From the IMG/VR virus record IMGVR_UViG_3300021138_000001: a stretch of 64,000 nucleotides of DNA; one strand, 5' to 3'. This DNA comes from a virus (lineage: Duplodnaviria; Heunggongvirae; Uroviricota; Caudoviricetes). This document shows, piece after piece, positions 8,990 to 17,549 of this stretch (the stretch's first letter is position 1; the number at the start of each line of letters is the position of its first letter). The notes under the pieces are model-generated. The model was not told the DNA's origin. It worked only from the letters and a program-made list of their open reading frames with translations, and made no database searches. The translations under genes and the position numbers were made by a program.

Positions 8990-9687
8990 ATGGCAACAAA
9001 TAATAAGCTATCTGCATATATTCTACTAGATCGTTCTAGTTCAATGGCTGGTGCTCGTTGGGAGAATGCAATTGGTTCTATCAATCAGTACGTTAAGTCT
9101 CTAAAGGAAGAAAGGTTTCTGCTGAAGTTACAGTAGCTACTTTTGATTCTAATTACGTTTATACTCCACGTCCTATGTACGTCGGTGGGGGCATTCAGAT
9201 GAATGCTGATGCTTTAACTCCTAAGGAAGTTGTAGACCCAAATTCATTTGACATTATTCGAGATAGTGTTACACTATCAAAGTTCAAGGATCTGAGTCCT
9301 ACAGAAACTAGCCCACGCGGTGGTACTCCTCTATACGACTCTACTGCAAAGCTAATTAATCTTGCGGAAGCAGTTGGTAACGAAAAGACTGTTATTATCA
9401 TCATGACGGATGGTGAAGAAAACTCTTCTAAGGCTTACACACTACAAGCTATTCGTGATCGTATTGTTACCTGTAAGGCTCGTAATTGGGAAGTTCTGTT
9501 CCTTGGTGCTGAGTTTAATGCCGATAATATCGCTACTCAATATGGGCTAAGTAAGGGTAAGGTTATTAACACTACTCTTGAGAATACCTCGCGCTCCATG
9601 GATTTCTACGCTAAGGCTTCAGCCAGTTATGCTGACTTTGGTACTGCTGTTGATACCATGGCAGTCAAGGCTGATCTAGCAAATTAA
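8990..9687 (+). pseudogene. von Willebrand factor A (vWA) domain protein interrupted by a -1 frameshift near 9108-9116 (GAAGAAAGG)
   Basis: Frame 2 (8990-9136) encodes MIDAS LLDRSSSMAG then stops; frame 1 continues VSAEVTVATFDS...IIIMTDGEEN (vWA core) to 9687. Confidence 0.55.
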
Positions 9688-9691
9688 TATC

Positions 9692-9699
9692 TATAAATA
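9692..9699 (+). promoter_or_regulatory. T4-type late promoter box TATAAATA upstream of tmRNA gene
   Basis: Exact TATAAATA. Confidence 0.35.
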
Positions 9700-10035
9700 G
9701 TTTTGTTCGTTGATACGGACTTAAAACCGGGGAAGACAGGGGTGCGATTCCCCTCGCCTCCACCAGTAAACACACGATAACAGGACGCTGGCTCTGTGAA
9801 GCGGGATATCGGGGTAGCTGCCGAGAAGACAGGGAGAGCATCGTGTGTTTTCTCATGGGGGCGTATAGTATCGATTCACGGCTAGTAGGAATGTGGAGAA
9901 CACGGTAAGAAACGACCGCCAATCAGTTCGATAACCTAAATGCAAACGAAAACTTTGTATCTCAAGAATTCGCTCTAGCAGCTTAATTCTTATGCGTATG
10001 GGCTCCACGTGGAAACAGAACGGGCCTACTTTTAT
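9700..10035 (+). ncRNA. ssrA: two-piece (circularly permuted) tmRNA, acceptor piece then excised hairpin then coding piece
   Basis: T-arm AGGGG-TGCGATT-CCCCT 9738-9754; acceptor 3' CGCCTCC + A + CCA 9755-9765; intervening hairpin AAACACACGAT (9768-9778)/ATCGTGTGTTT (9841-9851); coding piece 5' end GGGGGCGUAUAGUAUCGAUUCACGG 9857- (cf. canonical GGGGCUGAUUCUGGAUUCGACGGG) pairs 7/7 with acceptor 3' strand; tag ORF 9942-9986. Confidence 0.75.
9942..9986 (+). other. tmRNA tag reading frame GCA...TAA encoding ANENFVSQEFALAA*
   Basis: Resume codon GCA, 14 codons, C-terminal ALAA followed by TAA (cf. E. coli ANDENYALAA). Confidence 0.7.
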
Positions 10036-10048
10036 AATGGAGAAAACT

Positions 10049-10207
10049 ATGACAGATGCACACAATGCTACTATCAATCAAATTATTCTAAAGCTTGCCA
10101 TCGATTATGAAGAAAATAAACATTCTCAGGAAGAAGGTAAGTATCCTACCACTACACAAATTCTCAAGACTGCATCAAAGTTTAAGGCATTTGTAAATGC
10201 AAATTAA
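10049..10207 (+). CDS. small hypothetical protein (start placed after AATGGAGA ribosome-binding context; upstream part of ORF 9992.. overlaps tmRNA)
   Basis: In-frame ATG 10049 following TAATGGAGAAAACT. Confidence 0.35.
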   Translation: MTDAHNATINQIILKLAIDYEENKHSQEEGKYPTTTQILKTASKFKAFVNAN

Positions 10208-10397
10208 GTCTGCAGTAAAAATTCAAAAAGATCGTTGGGGTACTATTTGGAGCAACACATACGGTAATATGTGGGACACTCAATCCCCACAATCTTATCT
10301 AGTTCCAGAAAATTATAAAGAATCCTCGAAAAAGTATGTGCCAGTTGTTGGACAATCGTCTACTCTTAGGCACGGTAATCAAATAAGCTGGAGCTAA
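10197..10397 (+). CDS. hypothetical protein
   Basis: ORF track. Confidence 0.3.
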   Translation: MQIKSAVKIQKDRWGTIWSNTYGNMWDTQSPQSYLVPENYKESSKKYVPVVGQSSTLRHGNQISWS

Positions 10398-10403
10398 ACT
10401 ATC

Positions 10404-10736
10404 ATGAAGAAAAATAATATTTCTAATTTTAATGGAGAACTTGTCGCTTCTAATCAAATTTTACAGGTTATTAATGACAATTATTTGACACAACTTACTA
10501 TAAATAAAATTGTTGTTCTTCCGTTGCAAAAGCTGCAAGGCAACGTTGACAGTAAGACCAGTAAGGATGTAATTATACTCATTACTTCTGGTTCAGGATC
10601 AATGGAGGTAAATGGCAAGAGCGCACCCATCAATGCGGGTGAAATCATTAGTGTAAAGGCTTCCGAGTCATTTGTTATTATCAATGATGCGCTTGATGCT
10701 ATTTTGGAATTTGTTTCAATACTATCTACGAAATGA
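10404..10736 (+). CDS. hypothetical protein
   Basis: ORF track. Confidence 0.35.
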   Translation: MKKNNISNFNGELVASNQILQVINDNYLTQLTINKIVVLPLQKLQGNVDSKTSKDVIILITSGSGSMEVNGKSAPINAGEIISVKASESFVIINDALDAILEFVSILSTK

Positions 10737-10768
10737 ATTTGACTTCCTCCCTATAAAGGAGAAGCCAT

Positions 10769-11317
10769 ATGGTTTTCAGATACGACTATAGTAAAGAATT
10801 ATTCGCATTTTTAACTGTGATTAGTTTAATTTTTATACAAAGCCTACAATACACTAAACCAATGCCTGTACCACAGGTAATTTATATTGAAAAGCCTGTG
10901 GTACTACAATCAATTAATCCCGCTGCATTTAATACAGCCCAAGTTAATTGTCTAACTGAAGCGATTTATTATGAGGCTAGAAATCAGCCAGTGAAAGGCC
11001 AAAAGGCCGTAGCACACGTAATTATGAATCGGGTAAAAGATGAAAGTTATCCGAAAAGCGTGTGTGGAGTAGTACATCAGAAGGAACGACATGTGTGTCA
11101 GTTCACTTACTTCTGCGAAAAACATAGATCACCAATAGATATTGTGTCATTAAATACTGCAAAAGAAGCTGCGTTGGTAGTTTTGCAGGGTGAACAAGAT
11201 TTTACTTCTGGTGCATTATATTATCATGCGAAGTATATTCGTCCTCCTTATTGGAGAAAGCATATGAAATTAGCATTTGACATTGGTGACCATATATTCT
11301 ATAATAGGACATCATAA
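10769..11317 (+). CDS. SleB-like cell-wall hydrolase (Hydrolase_2 family) with N-terminal membrane anchor; putative endolysin
   Basis: TEAIYYEARNQPVKGQKAVAHVIMNRV...VVHQKERHVCQFTYF matches SleB/Hydrolase_2 signature; hydrophobic N-terminus. Confidence 0.65.
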   Translation: MVFRYDYSKELFAFLTVISLIFIQSLQYTKPMPVPQVIYIEKPVVLQSINPAAFNTAQVNCLTEAIYYEARNQPVKGQKAVAHVIMNRVKDESYPKSVCGVVHQKERHVCQFTYFCEKHRSPIDIVSLNTAKEAALVVLQGEQDFTSGALYYHAKYIRPPYWRKHMKLAFDIGDHIFYNRTS

Positions 11318-11335
11318 CAACCAACGAGGTCTTTA

Positions 11336-11563
11336 ATGGCGATTACAAATAAAGCAAAAGAATTTTATGAAACCATTGAAGACCTCGTCTGGCAACATGA
11401 TATCGAATATATTGATGCTATTGTCATGCATTGTGAAAAGCACGATATAGAAATTGAAAGTATTGCATCTCTTATTAAGAATAATGAATACTTCAAAAGT
11501 AAGATTCAATTTGAAGCAGAAAAACTAAATTTTCTACCAAAAACCTCACGTCTGGATATATAG
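11336..11563 (+). CDS. hypothetical protein
   Basis: ORF track. Confidence 0.3.
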   Translation: MAITNKAKEFYETIEDLVWQHDIEYIDAIVMHCEKHDIEIESIASLIKNNEYFKSKIQFEAEKLNFLPKTSRLDI

Positions 11564-11565
11564 TC

Positions 11566-12144
11566 ATGGATGCATTTGATGCTTATGTTTTAGCATTGGC
11601 TCTAAAAAGGCATTTTACTCCAAACGGGAATTATGATTATATTAAATATAACGGAAAGATAAAGGCTTCTAAGACGAGTTTTGATACTAGAAGCGATAAG
11701 TACTTTTTTCATAAGTTATCTAAGAAATCTGATCCAGAAGGATTCCTAATTGCCAATTATGTAAAGCACGGTTCTAATATCTGGATTGGTGATCTTGTGG
11801 GCGATCAAAAATATGATGATACCTATAAAGAATGGCTGAAGAAAAAAGAATCAATTTCATATATATTCAAGAACGATTTTGAACAGATTTCAGAATCTCT
11901 GGATGCTAATCTCAAAGTTGTTGATGGGCAATATCCAAAACTTCTTGAACTTTATATGAGAGGAAAAATTAATATAGAAACGATTATTATTCTTGATAAA
12001 CTTCTACATATTCTGGTACAATGGAAGAATAATATTCAAGATGTGGCTTTGTGGCCAGACATATATAGTATGTGTATAAAGTATACACCATTCGTTTCAT
12101 ATGACGAAAAGAAAATTAAAAAAATTATTTTTGAAACTTTATAA
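11566..12144 (+). CDS. hypothetical protein
   Basis: ORF track. Confidence 0.35.
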   Translation: MDAFDAYVLALALKRHFTPNGNYDYIKYNGKIKASKTSFDTRSDKYFFHKLSKKSDPEGFLIANYVKHGSNIWIGDLVGDQKYDDTYKEWLKKKESISYIFKNDFEQISESLDANLKVVDGQYPKLLELYMRGKINIETIIILDKLLHILVQWKNNIQDVALWPDIYSMCIKYTPFVSYDEKKIKKIIFETL

Positions 12145-12161
12145 AGTTCAATGGAGATATT

Positions 12162-12749
12162 ATGGTAAAACTGATTATTACAGACGAAAACAATCCACTT
12201 CCTTCCCATCTTGGGGGGCATGAAAACGAAACCCATCTAGATGATGGTGCTCTATCTTATATCATTGAGAATTTCAACATTAAGAGTATGGTAGATGTTG
12301 GGTGTGGTCCCGGAGGCATGACTGAACTCGCTCGTTCAAAGGGTCTGGAAGTTCTTGCTGTAGATGGTGATTTTATTGTTGATCGTAATATTTCAGATGT
12401 AGTAATTCATGATTATCAGGCAGCACCCTATAAGCCAGAAAAAGAATATGATCTTGCTTGGTGTGTTGAATTTGTAGAACACATTGAGCCTCGTTATATT
12501 CAGAACTTTATGACTACTTTCCAACAATGTAAGTACGTCATTATGACTCATGCATTCCCAAATCAACCTGGACACCATCATGTAAATTGTCAAACTACTG
12601 AATATTGGGTAGCAATTGTTCAAGCATTTGGTTTTGAAATTGATGTAGAAGCTACAAATGCAATTCGTGCTGCTTCTACTATGAAGGAACGTTATATTCG
12701 CCAGCAATCAATCTTCTTAAAAAACCTTAACTACAATGAAAAAACCTAA
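12162..12749 (+). CDS. class I SAM-dependent methyltransferase
   Basis: Motif I MVDVGCGPGGMT; AATGGAGA ribosome-binding context. Confidence 0.55.
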   Translation: MVKLIITDENNPLPSHLGGHENETHLDDGALSYIIENFNIKSMVDVGCGPGGMTELARSKGLEVLAVDGDFIVDRNISDVVIHDYQAAPYKPEKEYDLAWCVEFVEHIEPRYIQNFMTTFQQCKYVIMTHAFPNQPGHHHVNCQTTEYWVAIVQAFGFEIDVEATNAIRAASTMKERYIRQQSIFLKNLNYNEKT

Positions 12750-12899
12750 ATCTTATATCAAAATAGGAAAAAATACTAGAATTGTAAAAACCAAAACTAA
12801 GGGTACAAGAACCTATACAAAGCAACTATCTGGAACATGGACTTTAGCTGGTTGGAGCCATAGTCCACCAAAAAAAAAAGAAAATAGTAGTTGACTTTA

Positions 12900-12907
12900 T
12901 ATAAATA
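12900..12907 (+). promoter_or_regulatory. T4-type late promoter box TATAAATA
   Basis: Exact TATAAATA upstream of tRNA-like gene and gene 32. Confidence 0.35.
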
Positions 12908-12929
12908 AATGATATATATATAAGAATAT

Positions 12930-13003
12930 GCGGCTTTAGTATACTGGTATTATAATCGCCTTCCAAGCCAAAGAAACGGGTTCGATTCCCGTAAGCCGCT
13001 CCA
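12930..13003 (+). tRNA. tRNA or tRNA-like gene with encoded CCA; canonical acceptor stem and T-arm, non-canonical D/anticodon region
   Basis: Acceptor GCGGCTT/AAGCCGC 7/7; T-arm ACGGG-TTCGATT-CCCGT; discriminator T then CCA; D-loop GG present, but I could not fold a 5-bp anticodon stem by eye. Confidence 0.5.
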
Positions 13004-13037
13004 CTATTTTATTATGAAGTAAATTGAAGCACATACA

Positions 13038-13376
13038 TTGTCATACAAAAACATACGGAGAAATACTATGTCTAATTTTGCTAATCTAAAGCGTTCAAGC
13101 AACGACTCTCTATCAAAGCTAACTCAAGCGGTAGAGGCAATTAATAAGCCAACCTCAAATTCATCTGAAGATACTCGTTTCTGGAAGCCAGAAGTCGATA
13201 AGGCTGGTAATGGTTCTGCTACAATTCGGTTTCTTCCTGCTCCTTCTGGTGAAGAAATGCCATTCATTCGTATTTGGGATCATGGTTTTCAAGGCCCAAC
13301 TGGTAAGTGGTATATCGAAAAGTCCCTAACCACAATCGGCCAAGTCGATCCCGTTAATTTTCTAGCGGCTGCATAA
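13038..13376 (+). CDS. 32: gene 32 ssDNA-binding protein, 5' exon/N-terminal fragment (reads into insertion before stopping)
   Basis: NGSATIRFLPA...IWDHGFQGPTGKWYIE aligns with T4 gp32 (AGNGQAVIRFLPS...HGFKKNGKWYIE); homology ends after WYIEKS. Confidence 0.65.
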   Translation: MSYKNIRRNTMSNFANLKRSSNDSLSKLTQAVEAINKPTSNSSEDTRFWKPEVDKAGNGSATIRFLPAPSGEEMPFIRIWDHGFQGPTGKWYIEKSLTTIGQVDPVNFLAAA

Positions 13377-14560
13377 AGCGATTTATGTAGAAAAAACTGT
13401 TAATTGCTGGAACACCCTTAGAGGTAACAGAACCACAAAGATGTGTTAAACTCAGAAAGTTTATAAATAAAGAATAACCAATATAGGAAATCTTTATGAA
13501 TAACATTTGGGAAATATGTAAAATAACAGGCAAAACTTTTAAAACAGCAAGAGGATTTTTAAATCATCTAAGAACACAAAAAATATCTTCTAAGGAATAT
13601 TATGATAAATTTCATAAAGACCAAAATGAAGGCATTTGCTACTGTGGTAATCCGACTACGTATCATGGATTTAGTTACAAAAAATATTGTAGTGATATAT
13701 GTGCATGTAAATCGGAAGAACATAGATTGGCTGTTTCAGAAAAATTTATAAAAAATCCAAAGGCATTAGATAGTTTTAAAATATCTAGGAAAGGGGTTGA
13801 CACTAACGTAAAGAAAAGAAGAGAAACCATCAAGAAAAAGTGTAATATTCTGAATATATCCACAGAAAAATATTATTCAGAACATAGTAAAAAAGCTTTT
13901 TCTAATATGTCATCAGAACAAGTAAATGCTAGAACTTTAAAAAGCATGAAAACGAAGTTGTCTGTTGGTAATGTTGGGGGTCGATCTGGGTATAAGCCCT
14001 ATCCATTCTTTGATGAAACTTTATCTTTACAAGGTTATGAACCAATAGTTCTTGATTGTTTAATTGAAGATTTTTTCTTTGGTAAAGACGATATTGTTGG
14101 TGGAAAGTCTGGAGTACCTATCATAAAATATGATAATAAAATGTATTTTCCTGATTTTTATCTACCAAAATATAATCTAATAATTGAAGTAAAATCTACA
14201 TATACATACAATCTAAACAAAAATATTGTTCATAAAAAATGTCAAGCCTCTGTTGAATCTGGATATTCTATAGTTTTGCTAGTTTTAAATAAACACGAAG
14301 CGAGAAATCGCAAACTTGACGGTTCTAAGAATCTGTTACATTGGGCAATCAGCAGCCAAGCTCCTAAACCTACGTGGTATGGAGAAGGTTCATCGACTAT
14401 CCCTTAGGGGAGTAGAGAGCAAGCCAATGGCTCTCGAAATGCAGTTACTCTCTCAGAGAGTGTGATATAGTCAGTTCTTTAGGGAAACTTAAAGCAGTTG
14501 AATAGACGGGTATGATTTTGCTGATCATATTGAACAAAAAGTAGTGAATATAATTCAGAA
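13336..14560 (+). mobile_element. ~1.2 kb insertion splitting gene 32: probable group I intron (or non-spliced HEG insertion) carrying a homing-endonuclease-like ORF (boundaries approximate)
   Basis: gp32 homology stops ~13335 and resumes ~14560; ORF in middle preceded by TATAAATA; architecture (~160 nt, ORF, ~150 nt) typical of T4 group I introns. Confidence 0.5.
13496..14407 (+). CDS. PD-(D/E)XK-type homing endonuclease-like protein with N-terminal Cys-rich region
   Basis: C-terminal YFPDFYLPKYNLIIEVKS (PD...E-V-K); CxC clusters near N-terminus; located inside gene 32. Confidence 0.5.
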   Translation: MNNIWEICKITGKTFKTARGFLNHLRTQKISSKEYYDKFHKDQNEGICYCGNPTTYHGFSYKKYCSDICACKSEEHRLAVSEKFIKNPKALDSFKISRKGVDTNVKKRRETIKKKCNILNISTEKYYSEHSKKAFSNMSSEQVNARTLKSMKTKLSVGNVGGRSGYKPYPFFDETLSLQGYEPIVLDCLIEDFFFGKDDIVGGKSGVPIIKYDNKMYFPDFYLPKYNLIIEVKSTYTYNLNKNIVHKKCQASVESGYSIVLLVLNKHEARNRKLDGSKNLLHWAISSQAPKPTWYGEGSSTIP

Positions 14561-15187
14561 CTATGGGCTATCTCAGAGGACGATAACTCCCCAACTCGTA
14601 AGCAAGCGCGGGACCAAAAGCGCCGTCTACACTTTATCTCAAATATTTTGGTTATTAAGGACACTAATCGTCCCGAGAATGAAGGCAAGGTCTTCCTATA
14701 CCAATATGGTAAGAAGATTTTTGATAAGCTTAACGATCTAATGAATCCTCAGTTTGATGATGAAACTGCAATCAATCCATTTGATCTGTGGAATGGTGCT
14801 AACTTCAAGCTACGCATTCGTCAAGATGGGAAGTATCGTAGTTATGATAAGTCGGAGTTTGACTCACCATCAGCTATCCCAGGTTCAGACGAAAAGCTTG
14901 AGGCTATCTGGAATCAAGAATATGCCCTAAAGGAATTTGTTGATCCTGCTAACTTCAAGAGTTATGATGAGCTTAAGAAGCAACTACACCTAGCTCTAGG
15001 TCTTCAATCTGCCTCCGCTCCGGTAAATCGTGCTGAACGTACTGTTCTACCAGAAGCGTCTGCACCAAACTTTAAGGAACGCGCTGCTTCTCCAGCAGCA
15101 GAAAGCGAGACAATTCCTTGGAATACGGATGAAGATGAAGATGCATCATACTTCGAAAAGCTAAAGAGACTAGCTTCAGAAGACTAA
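14534..15187 (+). CDS. 32: gene 32 ssDNA-binding protein, 3' exon/C-terminal part (5' boundary approximate; listed TTG start is not the true start)
   Basis: [35 protein letters not shown]...[11 protein letters not shown] aligns with T4 gp32 [33 protein letters not shown]...EGANFVLKVKQ; acidic C-terminus. Confidence 0.65.
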   Translation, partial: [217 protein letters not shown]

Positions 15188-15192
15188 AATTT

Positions 15193-15225
15193 TAAGAGGG
15201 GGATTTCGGTCCCCCTCTTTTTTAA
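15193..15225. terminator. bidirectional rho-independent terminator between convergent genes
   Basis: AAGAGGGGGA-TTTCG-GTCCCCCTCTT followed by TTTTTT. Confidence 0.7.
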
Positions 15226-17549
15226 TAATTGGCTATATCTAATGATCCTGGTGGACCAGCAGTATGCTGTAATGGTGTTACAGTACTACTACTCTGTACA
15301 ATATTAGTTGGCGCATTGTGATTTGAACTAATAATTGGAGCAGAAGATGTTGCCATCTTTTCCTTAAATTCTGTATTAGTTTGTTGTACTTGATTTAGTG
15401 CTTGGGTTTGTAAAGAAGGCCCATTATTTCTCTGTGGCATTGCTGGTTTAGCTTTACCGAAAATAGAATCTTCGCCCTTAAACTTTTTATATCCTTGATA
15501 ACCTAAGTAACCAACACCACCAATTGCAGCAGCACCAAGCAACCAAGGAGCAGCAGCAGCAGCACCAGCGGCCAAACCACCAGCAGCAAGACCTCCTTCA
15601 GCTAATCCTGCAACCCCAGCAACACCTTCAGCAGCACCAGCTAATCCTTCAGCACCTTCGGCAACACCAGCAACATCTTCGGTCCCTGCTCCCTTTCCTA
15701 GAGATTTTGCAACGTCAGATGCTTTTCTTTCTTTAAGTCTTTCTAGTATACTTTGTTGTTTTGATCCTTCTGACGTGGCTTCTTCTTTATTTTTTGCATA
15801 TGCTCCGGGTTTAAAGGGTTTCCTTTCTGTATTTTTTAGCTGTTCTACTTGCTCATTTTCAATTTCTTTTGATTCTTTATTTGTGTCTTCTTTGTCAGAT
15901 ACAGAATTCTTTATTACTTCAGCTAATTTGCCTATGCTATTTTCATCAAGCTCAACTACAGGAGTAGCGGGTCCATTATTTTCATTATGAAATTTTTCTT
16001 CATAATGGGCTTTTCTTAAAAATGATTGCTCAGCATTTTTAGCATATACTTCTTGTTTACTTGGCATGTTTGGTTCTAACTTCAAACCAAACATATTGTT
16101 AATAAGATTGAATTTATTTTTTGAAGGGAATTTTGGATTTAATCCCAACATATTTTCTTTTAATTGTTGTTTTATAGTTTGCATAGTTGTTAATTCCTCT
16201 GGTACATCTACTAGAGGAATTGTTTCTATAGGCTTTGATTTAGGAATAGCATTAGCTTTTGCAAATTTGCCTGGAGTAAATGGAACTCTTTCTGCAGCAG
16301 CAGCCTTTCTATTCTGATCTCTTATTTGTTCATTTCTGGCTTCTATTTCTTTATTTTTAGCTAAAGCTGTAGCTCTTTCTATTGAAACTTTTTCCATTTT
16401 ATCTTTGACATCATAACCAAATCCACCAATAATTGGTGATGCGGCTTCAGTAGCTTGTCTCAATAAACTTTTATCTATTACATTACCATACTTGTCTCGT
16501 TCAGTAGGTCGTAATTTATAATTCAATACGTCTTTAATATTACCTTCTTTTAATAATCTCTGTTCCTCAGAAATATATTCTCTGTTAGGTCTTGCTTCAG
16601 ATTTTTTTTCGGTACTTAGTTGTGGTTCTGAAGGTTCTGTTTTGAATGATCCAGGAGTAAACGCTTCTGGTCTGGTCTTTGATCCAGGGGTAAATGCTTC
16701 CTTTCTACCGAACATTCCAGGTCTATATGGCTGTCTCTCTTTATCTACACTTTCTTGTTGTGGAACAATTTTGTTAGGAGAGACTCCTTTTACTGTTTCT
16801 CTTCTTGTTCTTTGGGTTTTTGTTTCTCCTTCTAAATTATCTACTAGCTTTCCAATTACTTTAGTTAGCTCTTTGATATCTTTATCAAGAGTATCTAATC
16901 CAGCCTTTGTAATAGTCGTAGGTAATCTTGTTCCACCACCAGCTTCGGCTGTGTCAGTTCTTCCGACAATACTAGAAGTTTTTACATTTTTTACTAATTC
17001 TGGTTTAGCCATCTGTTGTGATTTAAATTCTTGCTCCAGAATAGAAGATAATCCAGCAGCACCTTTACCAGTGTCCTTATCTATCCAACTTCCATCAGAC
17101 GTTTTTACATATTTGCTTTTAACACCGCGCATATTAATTTCAATTGGTTTCATCTTAATGCCTGCGGTTGAGGCACTACCAGAGGAGGATGGTGTAGCAG
17201 CAATTGTTTGTTGTGCTGTATCAGAAGTTTTAGTTGATGAAGATGGTGTAGCAGCAATTGTTTGCGCTGGCTTAGCCACAGTTTTCTTTACTGTTACTTG
17301 TTTTGGTGTAGTAGAAGGTTCAGGCTTCTTAGTTGGCTTTGTTACTGTTGGTTTGACCGCCTGATAATCTTCCAATTCGTCTAAAGCAACTTCTCCAGTA
17401 GTTTCTTTTCCATTATCAACATAGATAATTGTCACCATACCGGCTGATGATGCTGGTTTACTTATAATCTTTACTGGAATTTCTAATTCTTCTCCAGTAT
17501 CATCATCTTCATAAATCCAATTAGCTGTACCTATAACGGTGTTTTGCAT
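15222..17549 (-). CDS. large low-complexity structural protein (Thr/Pro/Lys-rich repeats, Gly/Ala-rich C-terminal segment)
   Basis: 775-aa ORF; repeats AQ(Q)TIAATPSSS; GA-rich AEGVAGVAGLAEGGLAAGG. Confidence 0.45.
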   Translation of the reverse strand: MQNTVIGTANWIYEDDDTGEELEIPVKIISKPASSAGMVTIIYVDNGKETTGEVALDELEDYQAVKPTVTKPTKKPEPSTTPKQVTVKKTVAKPAQTIAATPSSSTKTSDTAQQTIAATPSSSGSASTAGIKMKPIEINMRGVKSKYVKTSDGSWIDKDTGKGAAGLSSILEQEFKSQQMAKPELVKNVKTSSIVGRTDTAEAGGGTRLPTTITKAGLDTLDKDIKELTKVIGKLVDNLEGETKTQRTRRETVKGVSPNKIVPQQESVDKERQPYRPGMFGRKEAFTPGSKTRPEAFTPGSFKTEPSEPQLSTEKKSEARPNREYISEEQRLLKEGNIKDVLNYKLRPTERDKYGNVIDKSLLRQATEAASPIIGGFGYDVKDKMEKVSIERATALAKNKEIEARNEQIRDQNRKAAAAERVPFTPGKFAKANAIPKSKPIETIPLVDVPEELTTMQTIKQQLKENMLGLNPKFPSKNKFNLINNMFGLKLEPNMPSKQEVYAKNAEQSFLRKAHYEEKFHNENNGPATPVVELDENSIGKLAEVIKNSVSDKEDTNKESKEIENEQVEQLKNTERKPFKPGAYAKNKEEATSEGSKQQSILERLKERKASDVAKSLGKGAGTEDVAGVAEGAEGLAGAAEGVAGVAGLAEGGLAAGGLAAGAAAAAPWLLGAAAIGGVGYLGYQGYKKFKGEDSIFGKAKPAMPQRNNGPSLQTQALNQVQQTNTEFKEKMATSSAPIISSNHNAPTNIVQSSSTVTPLQHTAGPPGSLDIANY

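Noticed and set aside
9108-9116. Programmed -1 ribosomal frameshift in the vWA gene
   Set aside because: No canonical slippery heptamer and no downstream pseudoknot was seen. A homopolymer indel or pseudogene is more parsimonious.
9700-10035. A standard one-piece tmRNA
   Set aside because: The CCA-ending acceptor 3' strand is upstream of the GGGGGCG 5' end, and an excisable hairpin separates them. Only the permuted two-piece arrangement fits.
9665-10077. Minus-strand ORFs 9665..9922 and 9853..10077 and the 5' part of + ORF 9992..10207
   Set aside because: They overlap the tmRNA gene. The + ORF was shortened to start at 10049.
15524-17364. Plus-strand ORFs 15524..15736 (Q/H-rich), 15775..15990, 16066..16317 and 16642..17364 inside the minus-strand 775-aa gene
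   Set aside because: These are low-complexity antisense frames of a repetitive gene with no start context. The long minus-strand ORF is the coherent one.
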